The translations under genes were made by a program, and so were the position numbers. A model generated the notes under the pieces. The model did no database searches, was not told the DNA's origin, and saw only the letters and a program-made list of their open reading frames with translations. DNA of 25,598 nt from a virus (taxonomy: Duplodnaviria > Heunggongvirae > Uroviricota > Caudoviricetes). Of this stretch, positions 9,621-17,026 are shown one piece after another. Where the stretch lies: the IMG/VR virus record IMGVR_UViG_2778261153_000008; one strand, 5' to 3'. Within the stretch, counting starts at the first letter, position 1; each line of letters begins with the position of its first letter.

Positions 9621-9713
9621 TTACGCTGGTTAACAATTCGTGCTCTTAATAATACCAGGTATATCAGGCTGATAAGCGTAAAAAAAACGTTTTACATCAG
9701 TAAGATTATTATA

Positions 9714-9733
9714 TACTGTAAATATAAACAGTG
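9714..9733. promoter_or_regulatory. LexA operator (SOS box) at promoter of downstream operon
   Basis: TACTGTAAATATAAACAGTG matches the CTGT-N8-ACAG LexA consensus (TACTGTATATATATACAGTA) at 17 of 20 positions; lies 40 bp upstream of ATG 9774 in an AT-rich intergenic region; a weaker half-site (ACAG at 9743-9746) follows. Confidence 0.75.
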
Positions 9734-9773
9734 GTTATGTATACAGTATTGCTTTGGTGTCATAGGAGGAAAG

Positions 9774-9962
9774 ATGCAGGACTATTTTTTGGAGTCTTTG
9801 AAGCTCCAGCGCATTGATTTTTTTCTTAAGCTTGTAGCGGCTAGTGAGTGTAGTGATGAAGAGAAGGGGCTGGCTTTGCAGTGGGTTTCTGAACTGACTG
9901 ATGAACTCATGGCAAAAATCAGAAGCCACGAATACAACCGCTCAATGGATGTCATCAGCTGA
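9774..9962 (+). CDS. Small SOS-operon protein, hypothetical (possibly N-terminal part of a Tum-like antirepressor)
   Basis: 62-aa ORF with strong SD (AGGAGG) 5 nt upstream; first gene after the LexA box; overlaps the upstream open frame of the DinI-like gene. Confidence 0.5.
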   Translation: MQDYFLESLKLQRIDFFLKLVAASECSDEEKGLALQWVSELTDELMAKIRSHEYNRSMDVIS

Positions 9963-9972
9963 GGTGACTTTT

Positions 9973-10206
9973 ATGCGCATTGAAATAATGATCGATAAAG
10001 AGCAGAAGATTAGCCAGTCTACCCTGGACGCCCTTGAATCCGAGCTTTACCGCAATCTGCGCCCCCTGTATCCCAAAACGGTAATCCGTATCCGTAAAGG
10101 TAGCTCTAACGGTGTGGAACTGACCGGACTGCAACTGGACGAAGAAAGAAAACAAGTGATGAAAATTATGCAGAAGGTGTGGGAAGACGACAGCTGGCTG
10201 CATTGA
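9973..10206 (+). CDS. DinI-like protein (Tum C-terminal-like, SOS-inducible)
   Basis: 77-aa product MRIEIMIDKEQ...KVWEDDSWLH resembles E. coli DinI in length and in N-terminal MRIE and C-terminal W-x-DD-W motifs; SD GAGGTG 6 nt upstream; downstream of LexA box. Confidence 0.7.
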   Translation: MRIEIMIDKEQKISQSTLDALESELYRNLRPLYPKTVIRIRKGSSNGVELTGLQLDEERKQVMKIMQKVWEDDSWLH

Positions 10207-10260
10207 TTTTGTCAATAGACGCTTGTTTTTACTAATCAAAAAGGGTTACATATGAGTGAG

Positions 10261-10293
10261 AGGCGATGTCAATCAGATATCGCCTTGTTTTTT
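10261..10293 (+). terminator. Intrinsic terminator/attenuator-like hairpin
   Basis: A-GGCGAT (10261-10267) pairs with ATCGCC-T (10279-10285), 11-nt loop, followed by TTGTTTTTTG; lies after the DinI-like gene and 27 nt before the lipoprotein start. Confidence 0.45.
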
Positions 10294-10319
10294 GTCAAGA
10301 AAAGAATAATAGGCTAAAA

Positions 10320-10997
10320 ATGAAAATTAATAATGTAGCGTTACCAATATCTCTTGCTGTAATCCTAACTGGTTGCGTGCCACATGCTTCTAACCGAAAT
10401 ATCACTGCTATTGAAGTGGTGAAGCCTGCTATTGGGCAAAGTGCTACCGCCTACATGGGCGATCCCATTATCACATCTGCTACTGGATTTAAAACGGACG
10501 TACTAGAACTTGGTGCGGCTAATGGTGCATTGTCTTCTATCGCTGCTGGTACATATTGCAGTGAGGGGAATGGAATTTACCGCAATTATCATAACCCTCA
10601 AGCTGTTGCGTTAAAAAATCTCTATGGGCAAATCGGTAACTATGTTGATTATGTTAGTTACGATGCTGCAAAAAATGAGATATCACCGCCAAATGGTACT
10701 TCTTATACTGCATCAGAAATTTCTATCAAACGTGTTCCTGATGGGCTGTGTCGAGTTAGTAACTCATTGGTTAAGACTATCGAATACAATGGAAATGCAG
10801 GCGGTGTAATGAAGTTCACCTATCGTGAATTTGCAAACGATATGGCTCGTGCAGCATTTACAACAGATTTTTCTGTAGATTCTAAGGGAAGTGACGTTAT
10901 CGCTTACAAAGGTGCCAAGTTCAAAGTGAACAAGGCTGATAACTCGTCTATTTCTTATACAATTATTTCTGGCTTTGACAAGGCTGTCACGTTCTAG
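10320..10997 (+). CDS. Lipoprotein, function unknown (cargo/moron)
   Basis: Product begins MKINNVALPISLAVILTGC: basic N-terminus, hydrophobic core, lipobox LTGC. Remainder Gly/Ser/Asn/Tyr-rich beta-type sequence. AT-rich relative to backbone. The ORF-track start at 10266 would add 18 non-signal residues and overlaps the hairpin. Confidence 0.7.
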   Translation: MKINNVALPISLAVILTGCVPHASNRNITAIEVVKPAIGQSATAYMGDPIITSATGFKTDVLELGAANGALSSIAAGTYCSEGNGIYRNYHNPQAVALKNLYGQIGNYVDYVSYDAAKNEISPPNGTSYTASEISIKRVPDGLCRVSNSLVKTIEYNGNAGGVMKFTYREFANDMARAAFTTDFSVDSKGSDVIAYKGAKFKVNKADNSSISYTIISGFDKAVTF

Positions 10998-11100
10998 GTT
11001 TCACGCTTACTTAGTATGTTACGATTTTGCACATTCTGCATAAACGCGCATGTCTATGCTGCATGAGATCGCATGATCGTTTGAGGATCTTTTGTGTTAA

Positions 11101-11126
11101 GGCCCGCCAGTTCTGGCGGGCTTTTG
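11101..11126 (+). terminator. Rho-independent terminator
   Basis: GCCCGCCA-gttc-TGGCGGGC stem-loop followed by TTTT; 104 bp downstream of lipoprotein stop, immediately left of putative cos. Confidence 0.7.
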
Positions 11127-11170
11127 CGTAGATCATGCAGGTGCATGAAAACCACTACATAAAGCGGGCA

Positions 11171-11189
11171 GGCGTGGCGGGGATACGAG
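11171..11189. other. Putative cohesive end site (cos) of the P2/186-like genome
   Basis: GGCGTGGCGGGGATACGAG; the first 13 nt match my recollection of the 19-nt cohesive ends of 186 (GGCGTGGCGGGGAAAGCAT) and P2 (GGCGAGGCGGGGAAAGCAC). Lies between the genome-right-end genes and the portal/terminase genes as expected. Confidence 0.5.
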
Positions 11190-11483
11190 CGCGCATTTAT
11201 ATAGAGTTAGAGAAATTTCTCTATGCTGCATGTCATAGTCATATTTGCTGATGCAAATGAAGGTTACAACTAAGGAGAACAACATAATTACCGTAAATAT
11301 AATTTACAATCGTTATTGTTTTGTAGGGTTATGAGATTGACGCATTATATTGAGATCAAGTTCAAAATTATATGTCAATTCATCAATTTTGACGTTTCTT
11401 TCGTTAAATAAATCGCATATCCTATCGTTATGATAAATCGGTCATGATATTTTTTAATTTAACGGAAGTAATCGGAGATTCTA

Positions 11484-13202
11484 ATGCATCCTGTTTTAAA
11501 CAGATATATTCAAGATTTAGCGAGTACACTTGATATAGCAGAAGAGCAAGATAAGTTATTTGAATATTTTTGCAATTTTGTTGTTACATCCAAAAATTAT
11601 CTTGGCCGATTTAATCCTGTCGACATTACGACTCAAGAAGATGATGCATCAATTGATGGCTTGGCGGTTCTAATAGATAGTGAGATCATACTTACCCAAG
11701 AGGACGCTATTGCTGCTTTCGAAAGTCACAAATCGTCATTGCCTGTAGAACTTTTGGTTATTCAAGCTAAATCAGGAGAAACCTTCCGGAAAGATAAAAT
11801 AGCTAATTTTAATTTGGGGTTGCAGGATTTATTCAGTTTGGACCCGAAACTACCTAATGGAAAGTACAATAAAGAAATTATAAAAATATTAAGTGTTATC
11901 ATCGATAATTTGAGAAAAGTCAAGAATAAACTTCCTGATATAAAGGTTTATTTTTGCACAAGCGGTGTCTATTCAAAAGAAAGAGAAATAGAAGCTTCTT
12001 TTAAGATTATTGAAGAAACTTGTAAAGGGGCAGATCTGTTTGGTGAAGTTGAGGTTAGCCCATTAGGTCGTAGCGAACTAATGAAATTGTGGCGCTCAAT
12101 AACCGAAAAAAATGAGGCTACTTTAGAGTTCATAAATTTCATGGGCATCAATGAAATGCCTGGAATTCCTCAAGCATATATTACAACAATAAAAGCTAAG
12201 GAGTTTATTGAAAAAGTTGCGATGGATGAAGATCGCAAAATTCGAGAGGAGGTATTTGATGAAAATGTACGAGCATTTTTAGGTGAAGACAATCCTGTTA
12301 ATAAGGATATTACTAAAACCTTGCAATCTGAAAAATCGAATCAATTCGCTGTGCTAAACAATGGCGTGACCATCATTGCTCCTGAGGTAACCCTCACCCC
12401 AAGTAAAAAAACTATACACATAGCTAATTATCAGATCATTAACGGTTGCCAAACTACCAATACACTATTCAATAACTTTGGAATATTAACGGATGCGACT
12501 GAACTCGTTGTTAAGTTTATACAATCTAGCGAGGTTGATGTCGCAATTGACATTGTAACTGCTACCAATAATCAATCCAAAGTGGAGAGTTCTAGCTTTT
12601 ATGCGTTGAGAGAAAAGTCTAGGATGATACATAAATTTTTTGAAATACAACGGGATGTTGAAGGCAGGGAACACCTTTATTTTGAAAGAAGAGAAGGTGA
12701 GTATCGTGGTAAATCTATCAAAACTACAAAAATATATGACATTGTTGAATTGGCAAGGTGTTTCTTATCTGTATTCAAACAGAGGCCACACAATGCCGCT
12801 ATGTATGTGAAAAAAGTATTAAATGAAAGTAAGGATATATGTTATTTAGATACTGATAACGAATATGCATATTACACAGCAGCTTATATTTGTTATAAAT
12901 ACAGCACGTTGATTAATGGTCGTAAAGCTAATGCTAAGAAATATAATAAGCTACGTTGGCATATTGCTATGCTTTATCCTTGGGTTGTGAGCAAAAGTAT
13001 GGATGTTCCTGCGCCCAATTCAGGAAAGATAACTCCTTTTTGTAATAATATCATGAAAACATTGACAACTGATGAATACGTGGAGAATTTCAAAGAATGT
13101 CAAAAAATAATTGATAAACTTCCATTCCCTACAGATGACCAGATCAAACGAGGAAAATACACCAGCGATCTGAGAACGATGGCAGCAGAACATTTTAAAT
13201 AA
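11484..13202 (+). CDS. Hypothetical 572-aa protein; candidate single-gene anti-phage defence/abortive-infection protein (family unverified, possibly AIPR-like)
   Basis: Long uninterrupted ORF with SD GGAG 6 nt before ATG; very AT-rich compared with flanking packaging genes; own AT-rich upstream region; followed by strong hairpin terminator. No Walker A motif; conserved-looking block ANYQIINGCQTTNT; located between cos and portal gene. Confidence 0.6.
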   Translation: MHPVLNRYIQDLASTLDIAEEQDKLFEYFCNFVVTSKNYLGRFNPVDITTQEDDASIDGLAVLIDSEIILTQEDAIAAFESHKSSLPVELLVIQAKSGETFRKDKIANFNLGLQDLFSLDPKLPNGKYNKEIIKILSVIIDNLRKVKNKLPDIKVYFCTSGVYSKEREIEASFKIIEETCKGADLFGEVEVSPLGRSELMKLWRSITEKNEATLEFINFMGINEMPGIPQAYITTIKAKEFIEKVAMDEDRKIREEVFDENVRAFLGEDNPVNKDITKTLQSEKSNQFAVLNNGVTIIAPEVTLTPSKKTIHIANYQIINGCQTTNTLFNNFGILTDATELVVKFIQSSEVDVAIDIVTATNNQSKVESSSFYALREKSRMIHKFFEIQRDVEGREHLYFERREGEYRGKSIKTTKIYDIVELARCFLSVFKQRPHNAAMYVKKVLNESKDICYLDTDNEYAYYTAAYICYKYSTLINGRKANAKKYNKLRWHIAMLYPWVVSKSMDVPAPNSGKITPFCNNIMKTLTTDEYVENFKECQKIIDKLPFPTDDQIKRGKYTSDLRTMAAEHFK

Positions 13203-13210
13203 TATATACA

Positions 13211-13231
13211 GCCTCTCAAGGTTTGAGAGGC
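13211..13231. terminator. Bidirectional rho-independent terminator between convergent genes
   Basis: GCCTCTCAA-ggt-TTGAGAGGC perfect 9-bp stem, T/A-rich flanks on both sides (ATTGTTATTT on plus; TGTATATATT on minus); lies between the 572-aa gene stop and the Q stop. Confidence 0.8.
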
Positions 13232-13239
13232 ATTGTTAT

Positions 13240-14271
13240 TTAATCTAATATGTACTCGCTAAATTTTATTACTGATTCTCCTACAAATTCATTTAATCCT
13301 TTCACTCTTTCTTTAAGTGGGATGAGTTCGTTACGTACAAATACTTTACTGGCCTTCTCAATATCACCAAAACCGCCAACATTTTGCGGGATGATACCCA
13401 TGAGTTGTGGCGGCACGCGGTGCGCAGCCATCATGTCGTCACGGCTCACGTTTTTGATATTCAGAAACTCATCCTTCGCTGCGACTTCTGACAACGGGAT
13501 AATCTGAAGCCCGTCCTTTTTGCCGTTCGGCGAGTACATAAACAGGTTACGGAAGTTGCCTGGTCCTTTGGCGCTTTTCATTGCGTTGCGGAGGTTGTTT
13601 ACATCCTCCTGGTTCTGTGCGGCATCGGTCATGTACATGATGAAGCCTGCATGACTACCGTTAATGTAATACTTGCGGCGGAACAGCGTGGCGGATTCGT
13701 TGAGCAGGGCTGACGGAATGGCAGAAAGATAACCGGGCAGGCCGTAGATCTCCTGGTTGATGTCCGGTTCCATCAGATGAAAGATGCTGCCTTTCGTGAA
13801 CTGATACGGCTGGGTTGTCATACCGTATTGCACAAACCAGTAGGTATCTAGGTCTAACCCGCGTCGGGTGTATTTTGCCAGCGCAGGCTCAAGGGCGATA
13901 ACTTCACCGAATCGGTTCGTGCGTTTCTCCAGGTAGGCGTTACCAAATACCAGATAGTCCTGCACAAAACGCGAAAAAGCCTGCTGGCTGAGCAGCGGGT
14001 GAGGGATGTAGGTACTGGTCAGAATATTGCATTTCACCGCAATCGGTGAGCTGTGATGCACGGCGGCGCGAAAGGTGCGCGCCAGCCCGTCAAAACTCAC
14101 TGGCGGCTCATACCATCGATCTGTCTGTACGCATTCCACATAGTCCAGCAGTTCACGGCGGTCCAGAACAGGAACGGGATCGCCGAAGCTGAATGCTTCG
14201 GCTGAAGTCTGGCTTTTATGCTGGATCTGATTCATCGCAGCTACGCGGTTTTTTTTACTCTTTCCCATCAA
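13240..14271 (-). CDS. Q: Portal protein (P2 gpQ-like)
   Basis: 343 aa (P2 Q is about 344 aa); leftward gene immediately preceding the large terminase subunit, as in P2; 4-nt overlap with P. Confidence 0.85.
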   Translation of the reverse strand: MMGKSKKNRVAAMNQIQHKSQTSAEAFSFGDPVPVLDRRELLDYVECVQTDRWYEPPVSFDGLARTFRAAVHHSSPIAVKCNILTSTYIPHPLLSQQAFSRFVQDYLVFGNAYLEKRTNRFGEVIALEPALAKYTRRGLDLDTYWFVQYGMTTQPYQFTKGSIFHLMEPDINQEIYGLPGYLSAIPSALLNESATLFRRKYYINGSHAGFIMYMTDAAQNQEDVNNLRNAMKSAKGPGNFRNLFMYSPNGKKDGLQIIPLSEVAAKDEFLNIKNVSRDDMMAAHRVPPQLMGIIPQNVGGFGDIEKASKVFVRNELIPLKERVKGLNEFVGESVIKFSEYILD

Positions 14272-16034
14272 AAAATCTCCACAATATTGCTGGTATTGGC
14301 AGACTCGCCCTGCAGCGGTTCGTTAAACAGTGCGTGCATTGTTGCCCATGCCAGATCCGCATGGCTGGCTTCTTCGCTGCGGCTGGCTTCATAGGTCGGA
14401 CGGTTGCCGCTGGCGGTGGTAGCGCGACGGATTGCCATAAATGACTGCGCTATGTCGGTGTGTCCGGCGTCAAACTCCAGACGACGGTGACTGATAATGT
14501 CGTAAGCCTTGAGTACCAGGGCGTTTTTAACGTTGGGGTTGTAGACAAACTCCCGGACGGCAGGAAAGAACGCTTTCACGTTCTCGTAAACCCCGTGACC
14601 AACGCCGGTTGAGTCGATACCGATATAAGTCACGTTGTACTGTTCGGTAAGTTTTTTGATGGCGTCAGCCTGGGCGCAGAAATCCATCCCGCGCCACTGG
14701 TGACGCTCAAGAATGCGGAACTTACCGCCCGGCACGGCTGGCGGCGCCACCACCACGCATCCGGCGCTGTCGCCGTTCTGCGTACCTTTCGCCGGGTCAT
14801 ATCCGATCCACACTTCGCGCCAGCCAAACGGGCGCAGGGCCAGTGCATGAAAGTCGGTCCAGACTTCCCAACTGTCCACCATGCACGCCTGCAGCTCGCT
14901 GAGCGGGAACACGGACGCGAGATCGTCCACGAACTCACACATCAGCAGGTTCTGGTATTCGTCCGGGCTGTACTCCATGCGCAACTGGTCGAGGTCGAAC
15001 AGGTTACAGCCGCCGCGCACCGCATCTTCCACAGTGACTATCTGGCGGTACTGCCCGTCTGCGCACAGCAGGCCGGGGGCCAGATTGCTGTGGGACAGGT
15101 CGATGTCCACCTTATCGGCTTTGTTGCGCCCTCGGTTGAACAGCGCACCGGACCAGAACGGATAAGCACTGTGTGTCAGGCTGGATGGCGTGGAAAAATA
15201 GGTTTGTCGCCATTTCTTGTGAATAGCCATACCGGAAGCCACTTTGCGCAGCTCCTGGAATTTCGGTATCCAGAAATATTCATCCAGATACAGGTTGCCG
15301 TGGTAACTCTGGGCCGTGCGGGCATTGGTGCCGAGGAAGTACAGCGTGGCCCCGTTAGGAAGCACCATCGGATCGCCTTTCAGCTCCACCTCCACTTCTT
15401 TGGCGAAGTCGATGATGTACTGCTTAAAGACGTGGGCCTGAGCCTTGCTGGCGGAAAGGAAAATCTGGTTACGCCCGGTTAGCAGGGCGTCAATCAGGGC
15501 TTCACGGGCAAAATAGAAGGTCGCGCCGATCTGGCGTGACTTCAGCAGGTTGCGGATGCGGTTGGTTTTTCCGGCTTCCCACCAGTGGCGCTGGTAGTTG
15601 AACATGGAGGAATGGAAGATTTCTTCCAGCTTCTCAATCTGTTCATCGGTGAAAACGTTCTTTTCCGGCTGACGGCGCGGGCCTTTGTTGCGGTTGGCGA
15701 CGTTAGGGTTTAAGTCGGCTTCGTTGCCGCCATTGTTAAACTTGCCGATCCGCGCATGGCGCTCCGACTGGCGCGCCAGCAGGTCAATCTCTTTGAAATC
15801 TTTCCCTTCTTTGTGCTCCTTCATAATGAGCTGGCAGTAGCGTGCGGCGGTGGTGAGCTGCATCTGATCCAGCGGCCCATAGTCACCCCACTTGTCGCGT
15901 TTTTTCCAGCTGTGAACGGTTGCAACTTTCTCGCCCAGCATTTCAGCAATGCGGGCTACGCGGTATCCCTGAAAGTACAGCAGCATGGCCTGCCGACGGG
16001 GATCGAGATCTGCGGGTGTCAGTGTGGTGTTCAT
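14268..16034 (-). CDS. P: Terminase large (ATPase) subunit (P2 gpP-like)
   Basis: 588 aa (P2 P about 590 aa); divergent from the O-N-M-L capsid operon exactly as in P2; recalled similarity. Confidence 0.85.
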   Translation of the reverse strand: MNTTLTPADLDPRRQAMLLYFQGYRVARIAEMLGEKVATVHSWKKRDKWGDYGPLDQMQLTTAARYCQLIMKEHKEGKDFKEIDLLARQSERHARIGKFNNGGNEADLNPNVANRNKGPRRQPEKNVFTDEQIEKLEEIFHSSMFNYQRHWWEAGKTNRIRNLLKSRQIGATFYFAREALIDALLTGRNQIFLSASKAQAHVFKQYIIDFAKEVEVELKGDPMVLPNGATLYFLGTNARTAQSYHGNLYLDEYFWIPKFQELRKVASGMAIHKKWRQTYFSTPSSLTHSAYPFWSGALFNRGRNKADKVDIDLSHSNLAPGLLCADGQYRQIVTVEDAVRGGCNLFDLDQLRMEYSPDEYQNLLMCEFVDDLASVFPLSELQACMVDSWEVWTDFHALALRPFGWREVWIGYDPAKGTQNGDSAGCVVVAPPAVPGGKFRILERHQWRGMDFCAQADAIKKLTEQYNVTYIGIDSTGVGHGVYENVKAFFPAVREFVYNPNVKNALVLKAYDIISHRRLEFDAGHTDIAQSFMAIRRATTASGNRPTYEASRSEEASHADLAWATMHALFNEPLQGESANTSNIVEIF

Positions 16035-16080
16035 GGCACAAACCTACAGCCTTGAATGAAGGCTTTCCCCGCCTGCGGTT

Positions 16081-16098
16081 TGTGTGGTTGTCGGTACA
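16081..16098. promoter_or_regulatory. Candidate late-promoter activator site (Ogr/B-type TGT-N12-ACA dyad) in the P/O divergent region
   Basis: TGTgtggttgtcggtACA between P start (16034) and O start (16177); centre about 55 nt upstream of a TSS that would leave a roughly 30-nt leader for O. Confidence 0.4.
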
Positions 16099-16176
16099 AA
16101 TACCGCGCATTGTTTCACTGCCCCCATCACCGCAACCATAAGGCTCCAGTAAGTTTTTTCTAACGGAGCACGGCTC

Positions 16177-17010
16177 ATGACAGTGAAAGCAAAGCGTTTT
16201 CGCATCGGGGTGGAAGGTGCCACCACCGACGGACGCGAAATCCAGCGTGAATGGCTGGAACAGATGGCAGCCAGCTACAACCCGGCGGTGTATACCGCGC
16301 TGATTAACCTTGAGCACATCAAGTCTTATCTGCCGGACAGCACCTTTAACCGCTACGGCAAGGTGACGGCGCTGTTTGCTGAAGAAATCACGGAAGGTCC
16401 GCTGGCAGGCAAGATGGCGCTGTATGCCGACGTTGAGCCAACGGAGTCCCTGGTGGAACTGGTGAAAAAAGGCCAGAAATTATTCACCTCTATGGAAGTC
16501 AGCCCGAAGTTCGCTGATACGGGCAAAGCCTACCTGGTCGGCCTGGCTGCCACTGATGACCCTGCCAGTCTGGGTACGGAAATGCTGACATTCAGCGCCA
16601 GTGCAGCCCATAACCCGCTGGCAAACCGCAAGCAGAATCCTGCCAATCTCTTTACCGCTGCAGAGGAAACGGTGATCGAACTGGAAGAAATCCAGGACGA
16701 CAAACCGTCCCTGTTTGCCCGCGTCACGGCGCTGTTTACCAAAAAAGAGCAGTCCGATGACGCCCGGTTCTCTGATGTGCATAAGGCCGTGGAGCTGGTC
16801 GCCACTGAGCAGCAGAACCTGAGCGCACACACCGAAAAATCCCTGTCTGAGCAGGAAGAACGTCTGTCTGAGCTGGAGACTGCCCTGCAGGCACAGCAGA
16901 CCGCCTTTAACGAACTGGTGGACAAGCTGAGTCATGAAGACAGCCGCCAGGACTACCGCCAGCGTGCAACAGGCGGTAACGCCCCCGCTGACACTCTGAC
17001 CAATTGCTGA
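16177..17010 (+). CDS. O: Capsid scaffolding protein (P2 gpO-like)
   Basis: 277 aa; strong recalled similarity to P2 gpO (FRIGVEG...DGR..., LVGLA.TDDPASLGTE, SDDAR..DVH); SD GGAG 8 nt upstream. Confidence 0.9.
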   Translation: MTVKAKRFRIGVEGATTDGREIQREWLEQMAASYNPAVYTALINLEHIKSYLPDSTFNRYGKVTALFAEEITEGPLAGKMALYADVEPTESLVELVKKGQKLFTSMEVSPKFADTGKAYLVGLAATDDPASLGTEMLTFSASAAHNPLANRKQNPANLFTAAEETVIELEEIQDDKPSLFARVTALFTKKEQSDDARFSDVHKAVELVATEQQNLSAHTEKSLSEQEERLSELETALQAQQTAFNELVDKLSHEDSRQDYRQRATGGNAPADTLTNC

Positions 17011-17026
17011 TGGAGCACAAAACCCG

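Noticed and set aside
9684-9693. 10-bp palindrome AAAACGTTTT downstream of gene A as a terminator
   Set aside because: AT-only stem with no GC clamp or distinct U-tract; unlikely to terminate transcription.
10266-10319. Upstream extension of the lipoprotein ORF (start at 10266)
   Set aside because: Would place 18 residues in front of a canonical lipoprotein signal peptide and overlaps the terminator-like hairpin; ATG 10320 is preferred.
12690-12720. GEYRGKS stretch in the 572-aa protein as a possible P-loop
   Set aside because: Spacing is G-x3-GKS rather than G-x4-GK[ST], with no Walker B context; not a convincing NTPase motif, so OLD-family assignment was dropped.
14700-15482. 260-aa plus-strand ORF inside terminase gene P, with other antisense ORFs in 14630-15165
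   Set aside because: Antisense to a recognised terminase gene; Ala/Arg/His-rich low-complexity translation typical of GC-rich shadow frames.
16023-16040. TGT-N12-ACA dyad overlapping the P start codon
   Set aside because: Position inside the start of the coding region is incompatible with a promoter for P; this short pattern is expected several times by chance in 25 kb.
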